From the NCBI RefSeq assembly GCF_004010195.1, contig NC_057712.1, forward strand, positions 89,697,143 to 89,761,142: a DNA stretch of 64,000 bases. Reading direction: 5' to 3'. Positions 25,991-40,205 of this stretch are shown here, piece by piece. Every line of letters begins with the position of its first letter. Positions within the stretch are counted from its first letter, which is position 1. This DNA comes from Chiloscyllium plagiosum (taxonomy: Eukaryota). The notes under the pieces were generated by a model. The model ran no database searches and was not told where the DNA came from. It worked only from the letters and a program-made list of their open reading frames with translations. Both the position numbers and the translations under genes were made by a program.

Positions 25991-27348
25991 TTAGTAGATG
26001 ATCATCTATTGCCTGTAAAATTGTCGTTGCTCAAAAGGCAAATAGGCAGTTTCTGTTCCAAGTGGCAAAAACAGTTTGTTTTCTTGTTTGCTGTTAGATT
26101 CTGCTGGTTGTGAATAAAAATAAATCCTCCGAAACATTTAAAGAATTTCATGTATATGATGGTCACACATTGAACAATAAAACATGCAGGGATATACGGA
26201 AAGACTAGCACTGACTTAGACAAGTTGCCAAGGACATGTAAGCTGTGAGGCTTAGTGCTTAAACAGCAATAGATGTAGAAATGTGCAGTTGTCAGTGCAA
26301 TGAACTGTCAGTTGTACAACCATGTCTCATTTGTGACCTGAGAAGTATTGGTTGGTGGTTGCTGTCTCACTACATGCACTGTTAAGATAAATTCTGGAGT
26401 GGCAATTGTTTACTGGATGCACAGCTGTGTTCAAAGATGGCACTGCCATCAGGGATCCTGAGATGTTTTGGCAGTGACAAGTACTTTTGCCGACATCAAG
26501 TAGGAGAATAGGACAAATGGTGCACCCTCGGTAATGTGGTACATAGTTAGTGAGACTTGTTTGGGCCAATAATGAGAGAAAAGCTTGCTCAGGTTAGCGG
26601 AGACAAACTCTCCATGAAACTTGTCAGCAAGATGCATTCCACTGTTTGATTCAATCGACCAATTATTTGGACATAAAACCTAGGTATCTACTGTAAAACC
26701 AGCACTGTCATTCGTGCAAGACATTGCACAATTTTGGATTGTTGGCAACATCCTTATAGTGGAAAATGCCACTTGTATAGTCACTGCAGAGCACCAACTG
26801 AGTTGGCTTATTTAACCTCTTCAAATCTTTGAGATGTTGTGACTTTCTAGCATACAATAAGGTAGATCAGGCATTTTTAAAGTACATATATGATAGACTC
26901 TTACCTGCTTGTGGAGTATAAGGCGATGAATGATCTTGTCAAGATAACCATTGTCCTGCTGGCACTTTGATGCACTCTATTTCTGTGTCAAGCTTGCAAG
27001 ATGAGCAAATGGCTGGGACCCTATTTACAAAATTGTACACGAGGCCATATAGTATATAAAGCTATACCGATCCCAACCTATACATTTACAAGTAAATGTC
27101 GGCATGTGATAGACAGTAGTGGAAAATTTGAATGAATTTTTCAACTGGCATTTTGAGGAAAAGGAGGCCATTAAACTGTTCCATTTAAAAAGTGAAGTTA
27201 AATGAGGGAATGCACATTTAAAGGTCCATATGGAAATCCATATATAAATATAACTGTATATTCAAGAATTGCCTTTAAATTAGAACCTGATTTTGTGATT
27301 TTTTTTAAGTCAGATGAATAACTATTCTATTGAGTTGCTCTCTCAAGA

Positions 27349-27698
27349 TCATAGAATCACAGAATCTCTATAGAGTGGAAGAAGGCCATTCAGTTCATTA
27401 AGTCCATATTACCCCTCTGAAGAGCATCCCACCACAATCTAACCTCTACCTATCCCTGCATTTCCCATGGCAAATCCACGTAGCCTGCATATCCCTGGAT
27501 ACTTTGGGAAATTTAACAAAGCCAATTCACCTCACCTGCATATCTTTGGACAGTAGGAGGAAACCAGAGCACCTGGAGGAAATCCATATAGACATGGGGA
27601 AAATGTATAATTCTATACAGACGGTCACCTGAGCCTGGAATCAAACCTGAGTCCCTGGCACTGTGACACAGCAATGCTAACCACTGACCCACTAAGCT
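27349..27698 (-). mobile_element. HE1-type SINE (diverged)
   Basis: Reverse complement of HE1 head, core and tail. Confidence 0.85.
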
Positions 27699-30600
27699 GA
27701 TGTACTGCTACTCTCTTACATCACCTAACAAACGCATTTTCTCATATTAGATAGCATTCCCTTGCTGTTTTCAAACCTTTGTTAGCTTGCTCAGGAATCA
27801 TTCTTCACAGTTAAGTGTAGTTGAAACTATCCTATTCATTGTCATCCTATTATAACCCAAAACTAACATATGCACTTTCTAGCAGAAATCACTGCATAGA
27901 AATCTACAGCAGGAAATTTGGAAGATTATTTTCTTCCTTAAACTAGGGAAACTGAGGTGCAGCTACTTTTCTTGTAACTTCTACCACCTGAACAAAGGAG
28001 CAATGCTATGGGAACACTATCACCTCCAGTTTCCTTCCAAGTTAAACAGCAGTCTGCGATATATAGCAATCTGTAGTAACCCCATTCCTTTCCTGTTTCT
28101 GAGTCTGGATACTGGAATCCCTCACTGAGCATCACCAAAAAAGACAACAATGGTTCAGGAAGAGGGTCAAAATCATCCTGAAGAGCAACTTGATATGGAC
28201 AATAAATGTGAACTTTCCAGCATTGTTTACAATCCATGATCAACTAATGATAGAGAGTGGTGCTGGCTCGAAGGGCCGAATGGCCTACTCTTGCACCTAT
28301 TATCTATTGTCTATGATAGAATGCATGCCCACGACCCTATACTAGTTGGAAGCAGAAATGTAAATAAGTTGGGGATTGAATCTTGAACCTTCTTTTGCTC
28401 TGTGACTTTGACTTCCATTAGATCTCTCCTTCACTCACAGGTGAATTAGAGAGTTGCTTTGGTGGGCTACTCTTAACTAAAATTATTTTATGAATTTGTC
28501 ATATCTTAATCATGTGAAAAGCAGAATACTTGTAACTATATACCGTTAAAAACTTAAAAAAATACATTTTGACAATAAAACAGTATTAACCTCTATAAAT
28601 ATTCACTCTATAAAGGATATGAAAGTGGATAAAGGGCAATAATTTTACAAATTATATCAAAAGGTCTATAATATGCTGTCTAAAAATGGGTTTGATGACA
28701 GACTAACATTACCTTTTCGCAATATACTACTGAAAAAACAAACTCCCACTTGAACCTTATATTTAAAAAGGAAGTCCCATGCTGTGCAGACTTCGATCAG
28801 AGGAAGTACAAGTAATTTTTCCTTGGATCCCTGCCCACCATCATCAGGCTAATTAAAAACAGAAACTACATTGGCATGGAACATGGTGTTTGGCTTTTTA
28901 AAAATAACAGGCTTGCAAAGTGGAGGTACTTCTAATGAGCATGATTGAAGTATTCATTTTTGGCCTCTTCCTTTGTGTCAATTATAGGAAGCCCAGATTT
29001 CTGCCAGCACTCATGCTGAGGAACTGAAATAATGTTTTAACAGTACAAATTGAACTGCTGTTATACCAGGACAGGACAGATTTCCGTAATACATATTTCA
29101 ACAGCAGCACAAGCCCCTTATGCATTCTTTCACTCAGAGCTCATATCTCCAGTCTGTCATCAGCGTAAAAAGAGCAAATTAAATAGATTATTGACAGGGA
29201 AGAGTCAGCTGTTCTTTTTATGTCTTTTGAATCTATGACACAGAGCTTAGGATATGAAATACTTGGAAATATAATATTTGCAATTTACTATTGTTATGAT
29301 CAACTTCCATTTATATAGCACCTTTAATACAATGCAACATTCCATTGTCCTTCTCAGGTCAGGAACATTATCATAACAAAGGTTTCATTTTTTAAAATAT
29401 ATTTTTGTTACGTATTGTATTCATTTTGAAATTTAGAAGGATAAACTAAGTTATAAATATCCATGATTGACGGCAAGTCAGTGATCCCACAGAGATCCAA
29501 TAAGCCTTAAAATAAGTTCACAGCTGAATTATCCTCCAGCTTTGTAAAGATAATTTCTAAAATAATAAATAATGTGGGTGGTTAATTGGTACTATGGATC
29601 CTTTTTTTCACTTGTAGAAGATGTTGCGCTGGCATTGCTACACATGTATCCTCTGTTAGCATGTAATTGTGGCAGTGTTAATAGTGATGAAGTTATTTTA
29701 AGGCCATCAGAAAGGAAGGAAGAACAGAGAGACCTGGAAAAAAAAAATTGTGATTTCTTGCTAGTGGGTTTTCAGGTGTAGGGGCCCTAAAGAAAATTCC
29801 AGTGGCTTTTCTGCTATGCACTCACCCATCCTGATCTGCAGATAATTTGGCATGGGTAAGGTGAGGATTTAGGGAGTAAGCCTACCATCACTACAAATGA
29901 GATCTTCAAGTACCGAATTATTTGTCACTTCAGGCCCAGTTCCTTCTGGGTGCAGCCCTGTCTAAGAGACCCTTTTCCACACGCCTCGAAAATCTGTTGT
30001 CTACTCATACTCCTCCTTCGGCTCTCCATCAAGACCCTAACTCCTGGATCTCAGCTACCCTTTTGGCATTTAGCTGATCCTGGGCCCCAGGCTTTAGAAT
30101 ATGGGGACTCTTGCAGTCCAAATCATGGCCACAGTTATCATTGGTGCTGCCTGGACTGCAAAGTTGTCACTCAATCAGCTTTCTGAAATGAGACCTCCTC
30201 CTGAATGAAAGATGAAAGTCTTGCTTTATCAGAGTGTGAAATGGTTGGATACAGGGGGAGCTTGGACCAGCTGTTTGGGTGGAGACTGAAAACCCTACCA
30301 TCCTATCCTTGCATTTGTACAGCATTCTTTATGACCTCAGGATATCCAAAAATAGTTTTCTACTATTTCAATGTAGGAATTAATCCTTAAATAACCATTG
30401 AGGAAGAACATTTAATGCATATTCTTCACATTCTTGCAATAGAATATATGGTTCTTTTTACAATAGATCTGAAGATCTTACTATCATTCATTGTGCCTTA
30501 AATCATTGCAAGAGGATCTGCTTTATTATCCAAAATAATGCATAGGAAGTCATTTAACTCATGACATTTTCACTCATACTAACCAAAGCAAACGACTTTG

Positions 30601-31207
30601 TGATCAGTCATGATAATACTCAACTTGTCAATTCAATGTTCTTCAATATGTCACGTGTACCAGGAAGTTCAGAAAGAGTTTACAATTTAAATTCTCTGAC
30701 ACGCAACGTTTTATGAGCACCAATGTAATTAATTACTGGAAAATTCAAAGTAAGCAAAGTAAATTTTAAAAAAGGATATAAATCAATCTTACTCACTATT
30801 GCCCAGCAGCTGATTCAATTGACTTCAGAAAAGGACATATCCAGCTAAAACAAAACTCCAGTTCAAGCTCATAACTGTTGCCATTGTACACAATTTCTAA
30901 TTCAAGCATGAAATAGTCGACAATTATGTGTTTTTTTTAATACTCAGTGCACTATAATCATCTGCTGGCTAAAACTCATCTGGACACAGTAGGGGATTTT
31001 AGGATTCAATCACTTTTTTCCATCAGTTATGCTTTTTCTCTGTAATTTCTGATATTTTATTTAGATTAAATAGCGAAATTATAGGGGACAAGAGCTCTGT
31101 GAATTCTATATTAATAGTTGCATGAATTTTGAGGCTAAAATGTGAATACTTAACATCTAAATTAAATTCCTATTAGAGAAACACATATTAGAGAAAACAA
31201 ACACTTA

Positions 31208-31297
31208 GACTCATAGAGTCATAGAGATATATAGCATGAAAACAGACCCTGCGGTCCAACCCATCCGTGCCGACCAGACGTCCCAACCCAATCTAGA
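31208..31297 (-). mobile_element. HER1/CR1 3' tail fragment
   Basis: catagagtcatagag...acagaccctgcggtccaac. Confidence 0.8.
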
Positions 31298-34184
31298 CCG
31301 AGGTGTATATTGTCTTGTTATATTTGCATTAGGAAGCTGGATAATAGAGGATAGTTTGGGAGTTGTAACTTAGAGTTAGGAGAGGGAATTAGTCCAAGGT
31401 GTGGAGCTGCAGTTATACTGATTACTGTTTATAATACAGTTGATATGTGCTGTGAACAATTGAGCTTTGGCTTGAATCATTATATATTATCAACACTATA
31501 TATTATTTTTTAATCCTTGCATATGCTTTTATTACCAATGCATTTAGTGTACCTACTTTAATTATTATTTCTGTCCAGAAATGTTGAAGTCTGAGATTTG
31601 GAGCAGATCTATTTGTTTCGAGGGTTAGACAGCCAGGAGGATTATTCCAGATGATGATAAGGTCAATCCTGTGGCTAAACGATAATAAGATGACTATTGA
31701 CTTAAATAAATAAAGTTACTATAGCTATCTTGCAGAGATTTTTAACATTAGACCAAAGTTAGCAAGGTGACAAAATGGCAGACAAAACACATTGGAGTTT
31801 ATTTCATGGAAACACATCTAAAGAAATTTCATTTCAGTTATGACCTATGTATAAAAATGACTCACCAGTCTAGCTCATGTTATTCAGTTCAAACCTATGT
31901 GCTAGTAACTAAGCTCTTCCGGAAATGTTAAAGACTGCTGGTTTATTGCACTTTCCTGCTGGTATCTCTGACCATACAACTCTCTTTCAACAGTGAAGAG
32001 ATTAGAAACAAATAATTACCGCATAAACTCCTGCTTTTTTTCTGCAACAGGGTTGAGTGAAATGTTGCTAGTGCAAACTTTCTAGGATTTGGGAGAAAAA
32101 AAAAATTAATTGTGTAGATTTTGCTTGCGGTAATGAGTGACTCCATAGTTGGATATCACCCTTGACAAAGATTCTCCCTGTCAAAAGAAAACTTATCTTA
32201 AAAAGACAGAAATAAAGTTTCATGCACTGGGGTAATTTTTATATTGAACAATAGTTTGAAGAGGGTGATACTGATTCAGCTGTATATTTTGTAGCTCTCC
32301 CAATCTCTGTTCCAATAAATTCAGTGAAATAAAAATCAAGAGATATATATGAAGAGGCTGAATTTATACTGCAGTTTTACATTGTATCCTCCTAAGTCAA
32401 AGTCCACTGGTGATTTGTTTTTAAAGTGCACTGATTGTTTTTTTGGATTAAACACAGTAGCCACTCTACTCCAGGGAGCAGAACATAAACAACGAAGAAA
32501 TAAATGACTGGAAAATCTGTTTTATTTTGATGGTGTTGACTGACAGAATGTTGGTCAGGAACCCTGAGGAACAGAGAACCACTCAAAAGTTAATAAGGCC
32601 CAATCAGACAGACAGGATCTTAATTCAGCATCTTATCCAAAGGGTGCCACCTCTGAAAATTACATCACAATGCAGAACTGCGTCTTGCTCTCAAGTAGGA
32701 TTTTAGTTGAATCTAAGTGTAGAATTTTATGTGGCCTCAGGTATCAGGGAGATAAAATTGGGTGTAATATCATGAGCACCCATTCGCCCTCCCTGAACAC
32801 AAGGTAATTTTTCATGCAGTGAAAGAGACATTAGACAGGCTGCCTTCCTTTGGCTCAACAGAAAAGTGGCCAAATAATGGCACATAAGGTATTCTTCCTG
32901 TCCTGCCACAATGTTTCTTATGGCGGGCAGAGAAGAGAGCCAACTTTGAAACCCAGCAATTTTAACTCTTTGGGTTATTGGCTGGAATGGGGAACAAGGA
33001 CCCAAGGAACCTGGGAGCTTCTGTTTACATTCTCCATGTCTATGGCTCAATCAATCAGAACCAAACTGTCAATCAATTCCCTCTTCTCCTATTGTGTAAA
33101 CTGTTTTGATGGCGTAAAAGTTGGTACTTTTCCATTTGGCCTGATGAATATAACATGGCAACATGTCTCTCTTTTCAGTAATATTCAGGTTCCTCCTTTC
33201 TTCCTTGTGATGTGTCAGCTATAGTTCAGTTGTTTAGGTCAGTTAGTTCAATTGGTTGGACAGCAGGTTTGCAACGTAGAGTGGTGCCAACAACATGGTT
33301 GCAATTCCTGCACTAGCTGACGGTTGGAACCCTAGCAAAACATTACATTTGTGTGCAGTATCCGGTCACAATGTCTGACCCTATGACTTGAAAACCCTCA
33401 GATGTGCTGAGCTGACTCTTAAATGTAGCATTAAAGTCTGATGGATGAACACAGCATTTAATAGCTAAAAGGAGCCATTATAGCCTTGATAGGCATACAG
33501 ATATATCCCATAAAAGAAACCAATGAGAGAAATACGCTTTCAACACTAAATTTTACTTGAAGTTGCTGAAGATGAATCATGGATCAGCTACCTCATTAAA
33601 TAGCAACAGCGGCAGTCCTGACACCAGATGTAATGCCAAACTTGTAAATATTATAGTCTTGCAGCTTCCTGTGCAATTAGTATACATGGGTTTTAAAATC
33701 CCAACAGCATGTGTTAGAGCTTTATCACTGGCTGGCATTGATGGTGCTGTTTCACAGAACAGGAACTAACTTTTGTGTCACTCAAACCAGGCCATTCAAC
33801 ATAATATTTCAAAGAACCCTGTTAGCAAATTATGAGTAGACATACTGTCATTCAATAAGAAAATAATTGAAATGTTCTCAGTTAAAAAGTCTAGTTGCGC
33901 TAGGACCTTAACACAACTCAGTTTGCACTGTATTTTCTGAAGCCTTCATTCACACTGATTTTTTAAATTCTTACTTTATGTATTTACATCCAGAGCAGGT
34001 TGAATGGTATGGTCATTGTACTTTCTGTAACCACTGATAATTTAGAATAGTTAAGCCAACTATTGATGGTTGTCTCACAATTTCATTTACAAATTGGTAA
34101 TTTTGCCTTTTTTTGTTCTCAGATCAAAATTCAGACTTCAAGAATTATGCAGACGTGTTCATTATTCAAGTAGTAGCACACGAA

Positions 34185-34325
34185 TGAGAACGGTCTGCTC
34201 TCAGTCTGCTCCTGAAGTGTTCTCTGATGCATTTATAACCTTCTCCCTGATGTGCTTCTAATCTGCTCTCTGATGTGCTCCCAATTTGCTCCTGACGTCT
34301 ACTCAATCTGCTCCCTGACATGCAC
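34185..34325. repeat. Degenerate tandem repeat
   Basis: Recurring tctgctc/ctgatgtgct units. Confidence 0.5.
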
Positions 34326-35101
34326 TTGAGATTTAACAGAAAGTCAGGAGATTAAAAAAGAGCCTTTCCTTTCCCTCTTGTCCCTTATTTCGTGACCTGA
34401 GCCCTGCACTGAATAAATCTCTATCACCTTGTTACCGCGTCACTTATCTTTCAGTACTGCTGCCCTGGACATCCTCCGAACTCAATTTTGTGCATTTTAA
34501 AATGGTATTCTGCAAGAAAATGTCCAGAGTTCGTATTTTCATTTTCAAATTCAACAAAATGACCATTTAGAATTATATTCTTAAAATGCTCCAGTCTCAT
34601 AAATTGCTGTGTCAATTGCAAAATGTGGCAAGTTTGTAATAAGATACTCCCTCTAAAGTTGTGTCAGATATAAAAATGGCAGCTGTCTCACTGTTATAGG
34701 TTGTAAAATGGTGATGTGTGCATTAGAGCCTAGGACATGTCAGTAGGGAGAATTGTTTATGAATGGTAGCTTTTCCAGTGTGGCTTATGAATGAAGCTAC
34801 TTTTGACAAACATCCAACTACCCTGCTAAATCTGAATCAATCAACACAATTCAATCAAAAGATAACAGCTATTTGGCCAATCATCATTGGTTTGTCCAAC
34901 AGACATATGACACTTTGAGGACTAATGTCAACTGGAAAGAACCATGCAGATTCTCTTGCTTGAAACAAAATGTGGTTGTTTTTAATTTCCCATTTTCTTG
35001 TCTTGAAATGTAAGTGTACAACGAGATGGTGGATTTAATATCAACAAAGTGAATAAAAGTGCGGTTGAATATTTTTAACTTGCTGGATGGTAGAGGAATA
35101 C

Positions 35102-35346
35102 ATCCTGGAATATCTTTCCCGAATGATGTTCCTACGCTATAAAATGCTTTCATTTGGGGAGAAGAAACGGGAAACATTGTGATATTTTCCAGCAGTTTAC
35201 TCCTTGTAGCAGATGTTTTGTTCTCTTGGAAACCAAATTTCTGATAGGTCGGTACTGCCAGGTTAAGTACAGTATAGTGGAGCAGAGTCAAAAGGCATGC
35301 AATGTGGGGTACACTGACTCTATTTCTATTGTGGGAACTGAGTCAT
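35102..35346 (+). repeat. ~240-bp diverged direct repeat, copy 1
   Basis: Colinear with 36880-37114. Confidence 0.9.
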
Positions 35347-35483
35347 TAAAGTAGTCAAGGCAAGCACACTGTGGCTTAAAAAAGACAGAGAGGTCTCAAT
35401 CCTGCAGTTCTCAAAGGAGTTATCAGACCATCTCTGCAAGGTAATTAACTCCTTCTCAGAGCAATAACTCGCTTCCTCTAGCA

Positions 35484-35883
35484 TAGCCATTCTCAACAGG
35501 GGCCATATGACCGCCTTAGGGACCCTGGCACGTATGAAAGTGGCCACAGACTGAAAATGTGAGAAGGGGAGCCCCAAGTGTTTATGGGGGCCCTAGGAAC
35601 TGAACCGATGAAATACCCAAGCCTAACCTAATTTGGAACTTGATAATATGAAACTTGCAGAAAAGCACCAAGCTCAAGGATCGCATTAGGCCTGATTGAT
35701 GTTTAATTTCACACAGTCTTTTTTTAAGCTTTGCCCAGTATGTTGGAATGTTCTCTTGATGTTCAATAACGAATGGTTTTCTGTCTATCTGTTCATGTTG
35801 TATCCCTGTTTGAAAGGGGGGCCCTGATACATGAGAAGGGCTCCTGGGGGGCCCATGGCCAAAAAAACAACAGAGAATCACTG
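35484..35883. mobile_element. hAT (Charlie-like) non-autonomous DNA transposon
   Basis: Degenerate TIRs tagccattctcaac / cagagaatcactg; 8-bp TSD ctctagca / ctctggca. Confidence 0.7.
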
Positions 35884-36574
35884 CTCTGGCAGGCTCCTGC
35901 CTCTATGTTTTTGCGAAAGGATTTTCAAATTTAGTGTATAAAATTGACTTCCCTAATCCACCGCCTAATTGTACAGCAATTCTTCTGAGCAAACATCTGT
36001 GTTTGCATTCCCCATGCTATTTCAGGATCTAACTGGTTCCTAATTGCATTTTACAGGCAATTAAGAGGATCAGTTTCTTCCCTTTCATCAGCTGGTATAC
36101 TGTGCAGGAAAGAACTCCTACAGTCTTGCTCACACACTGTAAACACAAATAATATGAACAAACCATCGTAGAAAAATTTGCCCCAAAGCTTTTAGCGTCT
36201 CAAGTCAAACCCTAAATTGCATATGAGTGCAGCAGCATTTCTAAATGATAATAATAAGTGGGTATATAATTATTTTCAATTTAGCAAAATAAGTTTATTT
36301 TATTAACTTGTTGCTTTGATTATATCTTCAGTTAAATTGTTATTAAAAAAGTGAACATGATGTTTGGTTAAGGAGTGTTGCATGTTCAAAGTACAAGTAT
36401 CATTGGGCAGAAATTAATGTTGTGGGGCTAGGCTGTTGTGCTTCCTGTAAAATTGAGCATTACGCGTTAAGAATGGTTCCCAATGTCATCATACTTAAAG
36501 GTTGTAAGCTTGCCCTCACTCAATTAAAGGTCAATTAAGGTAATTTACTGTAGAGTTGGCATATACTTCACACA

Positions 36575-36732
36575 TGGAGCAGGAGAATTGACGTTTCGGG
36601 CATGAGGAATCATGCCCAGCTCATGCCCGAAACATCGATTCTCCTGCTCCTTGAATGCTGCCTGACTTGCTGCGCTTTTCCAGCAACACATTTTCAGCTC
36701 TGATCTCCAGCATCTGCAGTCCTCACTTTCTC
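36575..36732 (+). mobile_element. Penelope-derived hairpin insertion, family A
   Basis: Short inverted arm plus direct tail; TSD catatacttcacaca at 36560-36574 and 36733-36747. Confidence 0.88.
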
Positions 36733-36879
36733 CATATACTTCACACAGCCCAAGTAGCTTTACAGTTGGTGAATGGACTTCAGGGCAAACAAGAATCACG
36801 ACAGACACCTCTCTGTTGTTGAAAACTGAGAGGATAGCACTTAGAAATATAGTCATGGAGGCACGAGTCTGCTATACTG

Positions 36880-37114
36880 ATCCTGGAATATCTCTCCTGA
36901 ACTATATTCCTATGCTATAAAATGCTTTTATTTGGGGAGAAGAAACGGGAAAAAATGTGAAATGTTTCAGCAGTTTACTTCTTGCAGTGAATATTTTGTT
37001 TTCTTGGAAATCAAATTTCTGATAGGTCACTTCTACCAGGTTAAGTAGGAGCAGAATCTATGGCCATAAAAAGTGGGGACACTGACCCTATTCCTATTAT
37101 GGGAACTGAGTCAT
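36880..37114 (+). repeat. ~240-bp diverged direct repeat, copy 2
   Basis: Colinear with 35102-35346. Confidence 0.9.
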
Positions 37115-37613
37115 GTGTTTGTCCTTTTTTCCAGCAGTGTGGTCCTTTGTCACATCCTCTCTTGATTTAGAGATGCTCATAACTTGAGAATTGCTTTGTC
37201 ATTTTGTGCTGAGTTTGCTCTTAAATTCTTATTGATAGAATTTGACGATTGTGCTTTCTCCTGGCTGTTCCTCAATAGGAGGTGATGAGAAGAATGTAGA
37301 AGAGGTCAGTTTTCTGGAACAACAGCAATACGATTTCAAGCAAGGAATGGCCTTTCGATGCTGAAGGAGCTGGAGGCCTGTGAGTGAGAGATGAAGCCAG
37401 GGGAGGAACTACTGTTCTGCTGGCATTTGGTGACTATATTCAAACTGTTATGACATTACAGAGACACGATGTAGAAGAACACTGCCTTTCAAGTGTTGTA
37501 GTCACTAGAAATGAAAGATGCAGGATAAAATCAAATAGTATTTGAGGACACCTGAGTTTAGCACAGATGAGGAGAGCCATATGGATGGCAATGGTTTAGT
37601 TCCAGAATTGATT

Positions 37614-37946
37614 ATAGGATCCCTACTGTGTGGAAACAGGCCATTTGGCCCAACAAGTCCACAATGACCTTCCGAAGAGTAACCCACCCAGACCCATTAC
37701 CCAACCTTATTACTCTACATTTACCCTTGACTAACCTACATATTCCTGAACACGATGGGCAATTTAGCATGGCCAATCCACCCGACCTGCACATCTTTAA
37801 ATTGTGGGAGGAAACCGGAGCATCTGGAGGAAACCCACGCAGACATGGAGAGAATGTGGAAACTCCAGACAGACAGTTGCCCAAGGCTGGAATCGAAGCT
37901 GGGTTCCTGGCGCTGTGAGGCAGCAGTGCTAACCACTGAGCCACTG
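37614..37946 (-). mobile_element. HE1-type SINE
   Basis: Full reverse-complement HE1. Confidence 0.9.
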
Positions 37947-38389
37947 CGACACCCAGATCGACAAATATTCTGAATGGAAAAACAGAGAGGGATGCTAGTT
38001 ACCACTTTGACCTCCAGACACTAAGTGAGCAATGCTGGGTGGAGTGAGCAGGTGAGAAGGAAGTTGAGATTCACTCTTCGTAGCTGAATTTAATAGGTAT
38101 ATTGTAAGAAGTGAGTAATGCTTTTGGGGAGTTGAGATTTGAGGGGGAATGAAATCAACTTGTTTACACAAAGGAATCAGCTGGATTGTCCATAATCTGT
38201 TATGTCTAGTATGGTGTCAGTCATGGAGAAGGTGTACATTGCAGGAGCAGGGCAAACTTTCAGCTAAAATATTTGTGGAGTTTATCCATTGGATTTAGAG
38301 GAGCCAAGCAAGGTGTAATCTGCAGTCTGAGTCAGTAGATTAATTCATGGGTGTACTTCACATATCAACAGAGCACACAAGAAAAGTAA

Positions 38390-39080
38390 GGGACAGTGGG
38401 GATGCAGCAAGACCTGAACAATATCCAATTTTGGTCTGACATATGGCAAGCAGCATTCATATCACAAAATACCAGTCAATGACTATTTCCCACAAGATTC
38501 AACCTAGGCATCATTCCTTGACTTTCAACAGCATTGAAACCCCATTATCACTATCATGGGGCTTATCATTGACTGGAAAGTGAACTGGACTAGCTGTGTA
38601 TACACTGGGAACAAGAGCATGTCAGAGGCAAGGAATACTGCAGTGAGTAACTCATTACCTGATTTCCAAAGCCTGTTCACCATTTTGCAAGGCAGAGGTC
38701 AGGAGTGGAAAACTCCCATAAATGCTTGGATGAGTTCAGCTCCAACAAACTTTAAGGAGTTTGATCTCATTGAGGGTAAATCAATCCACTTGATGAGCAG
38801 CACATTCACAATCACGCCCTCCACCACCAATAAGAGCAATGAGTACTATCTGTAAAATATACAGCAAAAAATCCACTTTCAGCACCTTTAAACCCACAGC
38901 TACTAGCAGCTCAAAGGGCAAGGGCAGCAGATCCTTGGAAACAGGGCCATCAGCAAGTTCTGCTGACTTGGAAATATATTCAGAGATGCAGGGTCAAAAT
39001 CCTTGAACTCCTACCCTAACAGAAGTGTGGCTATATATCAAATGGACTGCAGAGAATCATGAAGACGGTTCACTGCCACT
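38390..39080 (+). mobile_element. Old CR1-superfamily LINE 3' fragment
   Basis: QQDLNNIQFWSDIWQ post-RT motif; same family as 25560-25760. Confidence 0.6.
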
Positions 39081-39779
39081 GTTATGTATTATAGTTGATG
39101 CATATTATGTTGAAACAGTGCCTCTTTAAGTGGTGAGTCATGTGACACTGGTGAGTGTTCAGCCAGTGCTCATGGGCTTGTTCAGGCTTGTTCAAGCTTT
39201 CATGGAGTTCACAGCTTTGGAATAAAAATGTCCCTGTTGTGTTGCAGCAAAGAGCGAGTTTGTATGATCTTGGTTCTGACTGGAATCTAGTAAAAGCCCA
39301 ACACAGAGTAACTACCTTTTCAAGGGCAACTAAAGCTAGGTCCAGCCAACCATGCCCCATTCCATGATAGGACAAAAAAAGCTTACAATCTCCTACTGTT
39401 TCCCCTACTGCTAATGCATTCAGAGATATAAGGTCCCAGTGTTAAAATTCCATGTAGATATCAAAGCAATTCCATGGATCTCCATGACTGAGTTCTCCAC
39501 TTCACTCTGGATGGCCATGCACTGAGCAGTTATTGTGAGTGATGTGAATGCTGATTGGGCACATTATGGTTTCTGTTTTTTTCTTTTTTGCACACAGGTT
39601 CCTTGCATGCATGACTGATGGATCCAGCCACAGCAGATGTAATTGCCACACAGTGGCACAGTACATAGGAAGGTGATCATTGATGTGCCCGCAAGCACAC
39701 GGCTAGTGCCAACCTCCAGTGAATGCAAACAGCCTCCACATAAAGACATAACAGCTGATGATCATCACAGCATTGTGCA

Positions 39780-40205
39780 GGAGGGTTAGAGTATGTTGTC
39801 CTCAGCACCATTTCCTCCAGATAAGTGAGGGACAGTAGTGCCAAATGCTGAAGTTGTCCCAGGACATTGTCATGGAATTCACTATGCCAGCTGCTGGAGT
39901 AGTTAGCCACTGGGGTAGAATGAAGATTTGGGTGGCTATCATATCCCAGTGCCATAAAAATGACAGCTGCACTCAACATTTATGCAAATGATTCCTTCCA
40001 AGGAGCAAATGGGAATCTGTGTGGGTTCTCTCAATCTTCAACTCACAAATGTATCAAGTTTTTTATAGATACAATTTATTCCAGATCACATCATGACATC
40101 TCATGTCCCCATGGTGAGGTCAGTGCTGTAGCCGGGGCAGTAGGCTTTGAGACAGAACTGGCCTTCTGCAGGTGCAGGGCATGATAGACTGCGCAGCTCA
40201 CGTTC
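39780..40205 (+). mobile_element. PIF/Harbinger transposase remnant
   Basis: TAALNIYANDSFQGANGNLCGFSQSSTHKCI (HARBI1-like HTH), then a frameshifted QVQGMIDC (first catalytic Asp motif). Confidence 0.8.

Noticed and set aside
34884-35291. 135-aa minus-strand ORF
   Set aside because: No recognisable domain; the paralogous copy has an in-frame stop
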